Origin: Bacillota bacterium
Lineage (GTDB): Bacteria; Bacillota; Sulfobacillia; Fermentithermobacillales; Fermentithermobacillaceae
Reading direction: 5' to 3'
NCBI GenBank assembly: GCA_040767525.1
Contig: JAXGOJ010000007.1
Coordinates: 825 to 64,824 of the forward strand
Length of the DNA stretch: 64,000 nt
Both the position numbers and the translations under genes were made by a program. The notes under the pieces are model-generated. The model had not been told where the DNA came from. It did not search any database and worked only from the letters and a program-made list of their open reading frames with translations. Shown here piece by piece: positions 19,858-29,727 of the stretch. The stretch's first letter is position 1, and each line of letters opens with the position of its first letter.

Positions 19858-21357
19858 CTAAGCATTGCCCTTCAGAGCCATTCCCGGAAACGCTCCGGTA
19901 CGCTGGCCGTTTTCAATGACCCTTACGCCGTTAACAAATACCTGTTCAATTCCTTTGGGGTATAAGGTAGGTTCAACCATGGTGGCATTGTCTATCACTT
20001 CCTCTGGGTCAAAAACCACAATATCAGCCATAGCACCTGGAATTAAGCGGCCCCGTTCAGTGAAACCAAAGGTATCTGCAGGAAGAGAGGTTATTTTGCG
20101 AATTGCTTCCTCCAGGCTTAAAACTTGCATTTCACGAACATACCTGCCCAGAATACGAGGAAAAGTGCCGTGGGTTCTGGGATGGAACGCTCCCAAAATT
20201 CCGTCTGTTCCCGCCATAACCCAGGGCTCTTGCATAAACTGAACAAGTTCCTTTTCAGAAATTGAATGGTATATCATAGCAAACTCCCCATCGCAACGAT
20301 GGATTTCATCAATAATAAAAGCACCGGGATCCGTGTGCCCCAGTTGCTCCAGGATTTTGTTTAGGGGTACATTAACAAATTCCTCTTGACTGGCTCTGAC
20401 AACACAAAAATGAACCGACCCTCCCCTTTGGAAAATCGCATCAGCAGCGTACTTGACCATTTCATTGCGGGTGTCCGGGTCTTGGTACTGCTCTTGGAAC
20501 TTTTGAAAACCGGTCTCTTTATCATAATCTTTGACCAGCTGCACAGCAGTATAAAGGCCTCCTCCCGTAACAGTGTACGGGTACTGATCCGCGGTTATTT
20601 TGAGTCCCAGTCCCTGCTCCCTGGATATTCGATCAAGTATCCCGGTAGCAAGGCCCCAATTTCGTGGAACAGTGACTTTGATGTGGGAAATATGAAGTGG
20701 TACACCTGTAGCTCTACCAATAGTTATGGCTTCCTCCAGAGCTTCTTCAATATGGTCATCTTCGCTGCGCATATGGGTTGCATAGATTCCGCTAAAGGAG
20801 CCTACCACTCTTACCATTTCCATTAGCTCCTCTGTATCTGAAAACACCGCAGGTTCATAGGTAAGCCCAGTGGAAAGGCCCAAAGCCCCCTGGTGCATGG
20901 CCCTTTCCAGTAGGGCCTTCATCTGGTCTAATTCTTGTTCAGTAGCTTTTCGATTCTCATTACCCATAACCTCTTCACGTATAGTTCCATGGCCTGCGAA
21001 AAGAGCATAGTTTGTACCTAACCCCCGTTCAGCTGTTTTCTCAAGATGCTCCCGGGGGGACAAAGGAGACATCCCACAAAGGCCCCCTATCTGGGTGGTT
21101 ACTCCTTGGCATTCTTGGTGGCTATCCCATGGGCCGTCCAAAACGTTCCAATCTGTGTGGCAATGGACATCGATGAAACCAGGACAAACTACTTTGCCGC
21201 CGGCATCCACCTTCCGGTAGGCAGACTCATTTATCAAGTTTGGCCCAACAGCGGCAATTCTGTCATCTTTCACCGCGACACTGGCTCTGTACCCTGGCTT
21301 TCCTGTACCGTCAATAACTGTACCGTCTGTAATTATGACGTCATACTTCACTTGCAC
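19858..21357 (-). CDS. D-aminoacylase (N-acyl-D-amino-acid deacylase) family amidohydrolase, copy 1
   Basis: N-terminus DVIITDGTVIDGTGKPGYRASVAVKDDRIAAVG...CPGFIDVHCHTDW (HxH metal site). C-terminus GAMADIVVFDP...VFVNG, typical of the family. Confidence 0.8.
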   Translation of the reverse strand: MQVKYDVIITDGTVIDGTGKPGYRASVAVKDDRIAAVGPNLINESAYRKVDAGGKVVCPGFIDVHCHTDWNVLDGPWDSHQECQGVTTQIGGLCGMSPLSPREHLEKTAERGLGTNYALFAGHGTIREEVMGNENRKATEQELDQMKALLERAMHQGALGLSTGLTYEPAVFSDTEELMEMVRVVGSFSGIYATHMRSEDDHIEEALEEAITIGRATGVPLHISHIKVTVPRNWGLATGILDRISREQGLGLKITADQYPYTVTGGGLYTAVQLVKDYDKETGFQKFQEQYQDPDTRNEMVKYAADAIFQRGGSVHFCVVRASQEEFVNVPLNKILEQLGHTDPGAFIIDEIHRCDGEFAMIYHSISEKELVQFMQEPWVMAGTDGILGAFHPRTHGTFPRILGRYVREMQVLSLEEAIRKITSLPADTFGFTERGRLIPGAMADIVVFDPEEVIDNATMVEPTLYPKGIEQVFVNGVRVIENGQRTGAFPGMALKGNA

Positions 21358-21565
21358 CGCTTCCTCTCCTGTGAGACTCCTTAGCCCTTGTACTTCCCTT
21401 TTGAATCAACAGAATCCTCCGGCAAACATAATGTAGTTACATTTTCTTGAAACTTTTTGAGTGCGGCTGGCTGTAATTGTATGTTTATGCTCTATTCCCT
21501 TTGGCCCGTTTTGAAGGAAATGACCTGAAAGACAGAGTAGTCTTTAGCAACGGACAAACCTATAC

Positions 21566-24169
21566 TTGAAGATGGTTTTCGGAAAGAAACAAAATACGCC
21601 TTTTCAGAAGCGGCTGTCAATAATTAATGAAAAATGGGGAGATGATGCAGTGCATTCATACGAGAAATTGGGCGTCTTCTACCTGGGGCGCCCTTATGAT
21701 CAGGCTACAAGAAGCCCTCAGGAAGGACTGGTTTTATATGATTCCAAGGATCTGGTTACCCACGGAGTATGCGTGGGAATGACAGGAAGCGGCAAGACAG
21801 GTTTGTGTATTGCCCTCCTGGAAGAAGCCGCTATTGACGGCATTCCTGCAATAGTCATTGACCCCAAGGGAGACATGGCAAACCTTTTGCTCACTTTCCC
21901 TGATCTTAGGCCCGAAGATTTCCGGCCATGGATAAACGAAGATGATGCACGTAAGAAGAATCTTCCCCCTGATGATTATGCCGCAGCCCAGGCCCAACTC
22001 TGGAAGCAAGGTTTGGCCTCCTGGGGCCAGGACGGTGAGCGCATCCGGCGCCTAAAGGACTCTGCCGAGTTTACAATTTACACCCCTGGAAGCACTGCTG
22101 GAATCCCGGTTTCAATCCTGAAATCCTTTTCGGCTCCTTCAAGGGCAATCATAGAAGACACAGAACTCCTGACCGAGAGGGTCAGCGGGACTGCCAGCAG
22201 CCTTTTGGGCCTCATAGGCCTTACTGCCGATCCGATTAAGAGCCGGGAACATATTCTGATATCAACTATCCTGTACGGTGCCTGGCAGCAAGGCATTGAC
22301 CTGGATCTGCCTACCCTTATACAGCAGATTAACTCTCCGCCGTTCAACCAGATAGGTGTAATGAGCCTGGAATCGTTCTTCCCGGCAGCCGAACGTTTCA
22401 AACTGGCTATTCAGTTCAATAACCTTTTGGCTGCACCAGGGTTTGCTGCCTGGATGCAGGGCGAACCTTTGGACATAGACAGCATTTTGCACACACCTTC
22501 GGGCAAGCCCAAAATATCCATATTCTCAATAGCCCACCTGAGCGATGCTGAGAGAATGTTTTTTGTGGCGTTGCTCCTTAACCAGGTTTTGAGCTGGACC
22601 CGGGTTCAGTCGGGCACCTCCAGCCTCCGGGCTATTCTTTACATGGACGAAATTGCAGGGTACTTCCCACCTGTGGCTAATCCTCCTTCTAAAGCCCCTC
22701 TTCTGACCTTATTGAAACAGGCCAGGGCATTTGGATTGGGAGTTATGTTAACCACCCAGAACCCTGTGGACCTGGATTACAAAGGCCTGTCCAATACAGG
22801 AACCTGGTTCATTGGCCGGCTCCAAACCGAGCGAGACAAGATGCGGGTTCTCGACGGGCTTGAAGGAGCAGCCAGTACCCAGGGAATGAATTTCGACAGG
22901 CGCCAAATGGAGCAGATCCTTGCCGGCCTGGGCCAAAGGGTATTCCTCATGAACAATGTTCACGATGATGCACCAACCATATTCGAAACCCGCTGGGTAA
23001 TGTCGTATTTGAGAGGCCCGCTTACCCGGAATCAGATATCACAATTGACGGCATCCACGAAAATGCCTGAGCCTGCAATTCAGGCACCGGCCACAGGGGC
23101 AGGCCAGTGGGCCTATCCGACAGGGGTTCCTTATACACCTCCAGGTACCGCCATTCCGTACGCAGCCCCAGGTACCGGCATTCCAGCGATGGCACCTGGG
23201 TTCGGCCCCCAGGCTCCGCAAATCCAGGCTCCCCAATCTCTGCCGCCGGCTGATGTCCCTGTCCTGCCTCCCGGTGTGAGATACGGTTTTCTACCGGCTC
23301 GCCGCGGGGCCGGCAGGTTGGTGTACCAACCTATGATACTGGGGAATGCCCGGGTAGATTTCAGAGATACGAAAAGCAGGACTGACGTAACCAAAAACTA
23401 CGTTCTTGCTGCCCCTATCTCAGACAAATGCCTATAGGCATTAACTGGGATGCAGCCATGGAACTGGATGCCGGTATTTCTGAACTTGAATCATCACCCA
23501 CTCCCGGTGTTCCATTTGCCAACCTTCCGAGCTCAGCCGGCATAGCCAAGAATTACACGGCGTGGGCAAGGGACTTCGCTGATTGGTTGTACCGGACACA
23601 ACAAGTAGAACTCATGGTGAGCCCAACCTTGAAAGTATACTCGAAATTTTGCAGGCGAGTCAGAACGTGACTTCCGGGTTCGCCTGGATCAAGATTTCCG
23701 GGAAAAGCGGGACGAGGCTATAGATGCATTGCGCAAGAAATACGCTGCCAAAATCGACTCAGCCATGGCAAAGGTTCAAAGGGCAGAAGACGCAGTTGAC
23801 AGAGAGATGATGCAAGCCAAACAGCAGCAAATGCAGACAGCGATTTCTATGGGAGCAACCCTCCTTACTTCACTCTTGGGCAGCAAGAAGCTCAGCACCT
23901 CAACCCTTGGCCGGGCGACTACTGCAGCACGGGGGGCCAGCAGGTACAGCAAGGAACAAAGTGACGTAAAACGCAGTCAGGAGACAGCCGAAAGGTACCG
24001 TGAACAGCTCCAGGCCCTGGAGGATGAATTACAGGAGGAGACTGCTAAACTGACCGAAAAACTCAGCCCGCTCAATGAAAACTTCGATCGCCACACTATC
24101 AGGCCGTATAAAAAAGACGTGTTAGTCGACACGGTGATGTTAGTCTGGGTACCTGTTCAAGCAAGGTAG
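21566..24169 (+). CDS. HerA/FtsK-superfamily (DUF87-type) P-loop ATPase, about 870 aa with a C-terminal coiled-coil region; two frame breaks (near 23430 and 23650)
   Basis: ORFs 21566-23437, 23428-23670 and 23729-24169 read as one protein. Walker [10 protein letters not shown], Walker [14 protein letters not shown], then [32 protein letters not shown]. The third frame is open back to about 23655 ([30 protein letters not shown]). Confidence 0.75.
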
Positions 24170-24180
24170 TATTGACTAGA

Positions 24181-24212
24181 CAGGAAAGGGCTGAGACTTC
24201 TGCCCTTTCCTG
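24181..24212. terminator. Hairpin between the convergent ATPase and amidohydrolase genes
   Basis: CAGGAAAGGGC-N10-GCCCTTTCCTG, a perfect 11-bp stem. No clear T-tract. Confidence 0.5.
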
Positions 24213-24301
24213 TAGATCTGCATTTGTCGAATACCAGGGGTGCGAGCTGCCGCATAATTCTTAAGTGCGCTGTCCGGTATTAACTCCCTATTACCCATTG
24301 T

Positions 24302-25885
24302 CTACATCCAAACAGGATCTACTACGAACCGCCCACCTACTGAAACCGCTTCAACTTTGGTGTTTCCTATCTCGCTTGCGGGAATCAGTTTCAAGTCATG
24401 GGAAAGAACCACAAAATCCGCGTACATACCAGGGCTCAGCATACCCAGAACTTTCTCCTTACCTGCAGCATATGCTGCATCTTTTGTATACCCGGCCAGG
24501 GCAACTTGTACAGGTAGATTCTCAGCAGGATGCCACTGAAGCTCCGGGCCTTCCCCGGGAAAACACCGGTTAACAGCACAGTAGAGGCCATATATGACGT
24601 CGGGAATCTCTACAGGTGAATCGGAACCAAAAGCAAACTTCGTACCTGCCCTGTGAAGCTGCCCAAACGGGTATGCCCTTACTGACCGGTCTCCCCACTC
24701 CTTATCAGCCATGTACCTATCAGCCACTGCATGGCCGGGCTGAACTGAGGCTATAACGCCCAATTCCTTGAAACGCCTTATGTCATCTGGATGAATCATC
24801 TGAGCATGCTCAATCCTGTGCCTTATGCGCTTTTTCCTGGATTCATCTATACTAGCCTCAATGGCATCAAGGGAGCTGGCAACCGCCTTATCACCAATAG
24901 CATGAATAGCCATACCATAGCCTGCTTGCACAGACCTTGCCACCAGTTCAACCAGCTCGTCATCGGGAATGCAATCCAAACCATAGTAGCCGGGCAGGTG
25001 CTCATAGGGCTCATACAGCAGAGCAGTAGAAGAGCCCAAAGAGCCGTCTTTGAGGGCCTTAATCTGGGCTGTCCAAACCCAGTCGTCACCATAACCTTGT
25101 TTGATATCGAAAGCAAACAGGGTTTCAAGAGAAGAGGCAGGCGGCATAAGGGCAATCCTGAAAGGTAGTTTAGCCTCATCTCGAATCCTGCAGGCTATGT
25201 GGAAAAGCCCGACTTCCTCAGGCGCGTGAATACAGGTAATCCCCATGCGCCACAGGTTGGTTATGGCTTCAACAGCAGCATTGTAGGCCTCTTCATCATC
25301 TGTGTCAGGGATATTGCGCCAAACAAGGCTCTCGGCTGCATCCTGCAATATACCTGTTGGTTCGCCAGACCTGTCCTTGAGAATAGCGCCACCCTCGGGA
25401 GATACAGTGTCCCTGTCAATTCCGCAAATCTCAAGGGCTTTGGTGTTGACCCATACACTATGCGCATCCTTGCTAGACAGGCATACGGGCCGTCCCTTGG
25501 ATACAGCATCTAAATCGTGCCTTGTAGGGAAATCTCCCCAAAGGCTCTTGTCCCAACCGGCTCCAATTACCCAGGCCTCCAGAGGCTGGGCCTTGACACC
25601 CTCTTCGATAATCTTGAGTCCTTCTTCTTTAGTCACCATGCCATACAGGTTGATCCTCTTGAGTCCCACGGCATAGCTCAGAAAGTGAATGTGGCTGTCG
25701 TGAAAACCAGGGTAGACAACCCTACCTTTAAGATTAATCTCAACAGTACCCTGAGGCGCGCCGAGTTTCACAGCATCCTGGCGGCCTACTGAGGCGACCT
25801 TGCCATCAATAACAAGCATGGCCGGGACACATCCATGATAGTCCATAGTGTGTATGTTCCCATTGAAGAGCAAATACGAACTCAT
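24302..25885 (-). CDS. Amidohydrolase-3 family metal-dependent hydrolase (YtcJ-like)
   Basis: 527 aa. Contains YPGFHDSHIHFLSY (HxH), IHAIGDKAV and RIEHAQMIHPDD, plus a C-terminal ADFVVLSHD. Confidence 0.8.
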   Translation of the reverse strand: MSSYLLFNGNIHTMDYHGCVPAMLVIDGKVASVGRQDAVKLGAPQGTVEINLKGRVVYPGFHDSHIHFLSYAVGLKRINLYGMVTKEEGLKIIEEGVKAQPLEAWVIGAGWDKSLWGDFPTRHDLDAVSKGRPVCLSSKDAHSVWVNTKALEICGIDRDTVSPEGGAILKDRSGEPTGILQDAAESLVWRNIPDTDDEEAYNAAVEAITNLWRMGITCIHAPEEVGLFHIACRIRDEAKLPFRIALMPPASSLETLFAFDIKQGYGDDWVWTAQIKALKDGSLGSSTALLYEPYEHLPGYYGLDCIPDDELVELVARSVQAGYGMAIHAIGDKAVASSLDAIEASIDESRKKRIRHRIEHAQMIHPDDIRRFKELGVIASVQPGHAVADRYMADKEWGDRSVRAYPFGQLHRAGTKFAFGSDSPVEIPDVIYGLYCAVNRCFPGEGPELQWHPAENLPVQVALAGYTKDAAYAAGKEKVLGMLSPGMYADFVVLSHDLKLIPASEIGNTKVEAVSVGGRFVVDPVWM

Positions 25886-26171
25886 TGGAATCCTCCTAGG
25901 CCTTTATCTCCCGTTTCCCGCTCTTGAGTGTCCAATTCTTTGGATAAGTGCGATTTTCCTCTGAAGTCATGTTCCCGGTATTCATAATCTCTCACCACCG
26001 GCTAGGTTAAGTGACAGGCCCGGTCCGGAAACCCTAGTCACTGATCGGGCAAGAAGTTGACATAAGTGAGATAATGAAAGCCAGGCAATAGCAAGGTGAA
26101 GCCTGCGCTGTAAGACAAACAGACAAACAGCAATCAAATGGATTCCAGAGAGGGGCCGTGAGGACAAAACC

Positions 26172-26963
26172 ATGTCTTTCAAAACAAAACTTATCGCGTC
26201 ATTTGTGGCACTGAGCGTGCTGGCCGCGGTATCAATGGGGTTAATTGAAACCCGCCTGATCCAATCCTATTTCCTGCAATCCTATGTCGACCAGGTGAGA
26301 CTTACCGCTGACCAATTGGTACCCTATGTAGCAAATCTTAATGTTGCGGCTGAAGATAATGAGACCTGCCTTGAAGTAGCTGCTATGATATACTACAACA
26401 CTGGACTACGAGTACTCATAACCGGGCTCGATGGATCGGTTGTTGTCGACTCCTCCGAGGATGATTCCCTGGTTGGAAAAGTCATCGAATCACAGGTTTT
26501 ATCACCTACTTCCCAAAACGGTGAAATCACTTCCTTTGATCTGCCCCTGGCCGGAAAAGACGATGTGGCTGTCTCAGCTCCCTGGCAGACAGGCGAGGAA
26601 ATTTCAGGAACCTTGGTCCTGGTGGGGCCTCTAAAAAACTTCGCCCGTGACGGCATGACCCAGCTAAACCCATTTATTTTGAAAGCGGGGCTGGGGGCAT
26701 TGGCAGTCACCGTCCTTGCAGGGCTTCTATTCTCGATGGCATTGTCCAGGACAACCCCAGGCCAAACCGCAGCACCTGTAGCACCTGTAGCACCGGCAGC
26801 AGAACCAGATGCAGAAGATGCAGTTTGTGGTGATGACATGGATTCACCTGAGGAAAACGAAAGTGCATTGGAAGATACTGACATTGCCTTTGAAAACGAC
26901 GAGGTTGAGAGTGACGCCGGTGCCGCTGATGTTCTCCAGGAATCGCCTGAGGAACAGGCATAA
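26172..26963 (+). CDS. Membrane-anchored protein with an extracytoplasmic sensor-like domain and an acidic low-complexity tail
   Basis: TM1 at LIASFVALSVLAAVSMGLI, a loop of about 150 aa, then TM2 at GLGALAVTVLAGLLFSMAL, then a Pro/Ala and Asp/Glu-rich tail. The layout resembles the N-terminal half of a histidine kinase, but no HAMP or HisKA domain follows. Confidence 0.5.
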   Translation: MSFKTKLIASFVALSVLAAVSMGLIETRLIQSYFLQSYVDQVRLTADQLVPYVANLNVAAEDNETCLEVAAMIYYNTGLRVLITGLDGSVVVDSSEDDSLVGKVIESQVLSPTSQNGEITSFDLPLAGKDDVAVSAPWQTGEEISGTLVLVGPLKNFARDGMTQLNPFILKAGLGALAVTVLAGLLFSMALSRTTPGQTAAPVAPVAPAAEPDAEDAVCGDDMDSPEENESALEDTDIAFENDEVESDAGAADVLQESPEEQA

Positions 26964-27275
26964 GCGGAGTCCTACCTATTATTGCCTTCTTCGCTATGAT
27001 TCTTGTCTCTCAGAATCATATGGGACTTAGGGGGTAATTCTGGATGAGTTCTGGTGCGGCAAAGTGGAAACTGACGATGGTGGCAGGCTAGATACAACCT
27101 ATACGAGGCCGTCCGCAAGTGGTGAACCCAAACCTGCAGGACGGCTGGTTTTATTCTGTGTGAAGTTTAGCCCTTTCTCTGGTAATAATCCCACATAACG
27201 AAAATCAATCTAGCTATCACATGGTCCAGCAGTCATCGATACACTGAGGCACAGTACCTCTTCCAATTGGGTTTA

Positions 27276-27827
27276 CTACCCTAAACTCTCCTCACACCTT
27301 TTCATGTAATTCATTATGTTAATGGCAAGCACTACTGTGGCTGCAAAAATTCCGATTAGGTAGAATACCCCGATCACGGGAAGCGCAACCACGATAAGCC
27401 CAAGAAACCCTGCAATCTGAACTGTCAAGTATTGGCTCCACCTTGAGTCTGCCTCTTGGGCCATGGCAAAATCTCCTGCGTTCGTCGCCATGTCTTTTAT
27501 TCCCATGAGAAGATCGTGCACATGTAGCAATCCCATTATCAGTACTGCTATGCCGATTACAAATGTTAGTGGCCCACTGGAGCCCACATGCACTCCTCCT
27601 TCCTGGGCAGGACGTTCATATATCTGTAGGACAGACAGGAACAAAAGAGGCAAGTTGATGTTCTTTGCTCTGGCAAAATGCTCGCTTTCCGCAGCCAGAA
27701 GAGCCAACCCTCCCCCAAGATGAATATATCCGATTATGTCAGGGAGTACATCAATACCCATCAGCCGAAAATCAATCATCACAAATAAGAATCCCCAGTA
27801 GAACTTCCTAAAAGCATCTGCTTTCAT
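27276..27827 (-). CDS. Small polytopic membrane protein, function unknown
   Basis: Start MKADAFRKFYWGFLFVMIDF at 27827, with GGAGG 5 nt upstream. Four to five predicted TM helices. Confidence 0.6.
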   Translation of the reverse strand: MKADAFRKFYWGFLFVMIDFRLMGIDVLPDIIGYIHLGGGLALLAAESEHFARAKNINLPLLFLSVLQIYERPAQEGGVHVGSSGPLTFVIGIAVLIMGLLHVHDLLMGIKDMATNAGDFAMAQEADSRWSQYLTVQIAGFLGLIVVALPVIGVFYLIGIFAATVVLAINIMNYMKRCEESLG

Positions 27828-27962
27828 GGGTCCTCCCCCTCCTGCCACCCATGACTTGATTCGTTAAAACATCAAGTCGAGTCCTCAAAACGTCGAGCTT
27901 ATACATGATTATCTGAGACTGTATTATGTAACCGTAGCTAAAATAACGGAGTTCTGAATTTC

Positions 27963-28299
27963 CCGTCGGTATACTGACGACTAGAACCAAAACCCGTTCC
28001 TGTACCAACAATCAGTGGATCTAAGTGTCAAAATTTTATACAGGTCCCCTTTGAACCTTGGATCCTGAGAGTGTTTTAAATCAGTTCAATCCCTTCTTGT
28101 CACATACACTTCACATACACTCTAGAAAACGAACCCAGACTGCTTGAAATCCCGTAGGCATCACGAAGTACTGATTCAGTATGATGCATAATGACTCACA
28201 ATGACGTGTTTGTGTCGAAGGGGTCACTATACTAACGCGAATCCTGGATCTCCGTCGGTATAGTAACGGCAATTTCGCTTACCCGTCGGTATACCGACA
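27963..28299. promoter_or_regulatory. Three copies of a CCGTCGGTATA-centred palindromic motif (operator-like) in a gene-free gap
   Basis: 27963-27979 CCGTCGGTATACTGACG; 28252-28268 CCGTCGGTATAGTAACG; 28283-28299 CCGTCGGTATACCGACA. The ideal site CGTCGGTATACCGACG is a 16-bp palindrome. Copies 2 and 3 are 31 bp apart. A further half-site TATACTAACG lies at about 28228. Confidence 0.5.
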
Positions 28300-28483
28300 G
28301 GTAAGCTGTCTATGTGTATAGAAATCGTACAATTACGGCAGCATCCCAAAAAATGCCCTCTCCTGACACAAGCCCCTTCAAAAACTCAATCATCTTGGTA
28401 TCTTAAATTCCCCGGTGGGTCTCAGATATCTCACTGTACTCCGGATGCCCGAGTGTGTCCTGGATACCATGAACACCCCTAGA

Positions 28484-29548
28484 CTAGACCACTTCCTTGC
28501 ATACGTACGGAGACGTGCTGGCCCTCAGAAGAGTGCCATATGATATGTTGAAAGACAGGATCTTTCCAACATAAATCGAGTCATTTGCATCTTCGATATC
28601 ACAGATAAGGTGGTCAGATGAAGCACCCAGAATCTCGACTCCCTTTGTAAGGGGCCTGAGATCCGAAGGGTCAACATCCTGCCTTCCTGCTGCCAAAATA
28701 GCCCTTGCCCTTATACCCCGGTCCCTAAACACAGGAACTTTCCCAAAAGCATCCTGGCCAATTTCCCCCATGGGCTTAGACGGCTTATCCTGCACCTCAA
28801 TTACTTCGGCCTGTAGAGTAAATGCATCTTGAAAACATCCGTCTATAGGGTTTCTCTTAACAGCCTCTTTACCGAGGAGAATGCCCTCACCAATTCTGAG
28901 TTCTGTAATGCCCGGGGGAATCTCCTGGTTAAGCACTAAATTCATGTTTGCAGATGTGCCTCCCGATACTCGAAGCAAAGGCCTGCCAAGTCTTTGCTCA
29001 ATCTCTTTCCTTGCCTCAAGCAAAGTATTCATTTTGCCCCTGGTAGGGATGACTCCCCCATAGCAAGCCATGTTAGCGCCTATGCCAACCAATTCGACAC
29101 CGGGCACCTGAGCCATTTTAAAGGCAACCTCCGGAGCTTTATCAACCAAGACGCCTTCTCGTAGATCCCCAAGTTCTATCATCAAGATCACCTGGTGGGC
29201 CTTTCCGGCCTTCCTGGCTGCTTCGCCCAACCGCCTGACGATCTCAATTCCGAGTTCAGGCTTGTATCAGCATAATGTACCGCTTCTTCGCACTGGAAGG
29301 CTCCTGGGATCTCAAGAGGATAGTCTCGCCTCATAACCCCATTGTCTGATTCTGCGCAAATTGCCAATTCGTGAATCGCCTATGGCCCTGGCACCACCTG
29401 AAACCATAGCTTCTACAACTGACAAATTTGCACAGGTTCCCTTGGCTACTCCTACAAGCCTCATTCCCTGCTCATCAAGGAGCCGTGCTATTACGTGAGT
29501 GTTATGCTCAAGTTTCCTGGTATCAATGATTAAAGCCGGGTGACTCAT
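28484..29548 (-). CDS. PLP-dependent amino-acid racemase of the alanine-racemase fold (COG3457 / ornithine-racemase-like); frame break(s) between 29230 and 29312
   Basis: N-terminal ORF (start MSHPALIIDTRKLEHNTHVIARL at 29548) contains VGVAKGTCANLSVVEAM, with a candidate PLP lysine. C-terminal ORF 28484-29230 begins ...VILMIELGDLREGV, the conserved GDLREG motif of this group. Confidence 0.65.
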
Positions 29549-29727
29549 GCTCTCAACTCCATTTCTCTGTCTTTGTTTCTGTGCTTTATTAGCTAAAACC
29601 TGCATTACAGGCAGCTCTACGTCGCACAAATTGAGAAACGTGTAAAGCGTCCCGGCTTCTCCCTTGAAAAGGTTTCAGGGTTCCATTGCCCCTTATGATC
29701 AATTGGCCAATTTTGAACTCGATTCCA

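Noticed and set aside
21566-24169. HerA-like ATPase as part of an anti-phage defence system
   Set aside because: No nuclease, Sir2, DUF4297 or other effector partner is nearby, and the flanking genes are metabolic amidohydrolases. I kept it as an orphan ATPase finding but not as a defence call.
27808-28011. 67-aa ORF overlapping the start of the membrane-protein gene and the first palindrome copy
   Set aside because: It overlaps the better-supported gene start and has no RBS. Its translation is not protein-like. The region is better explained as promoter/operator DNA.
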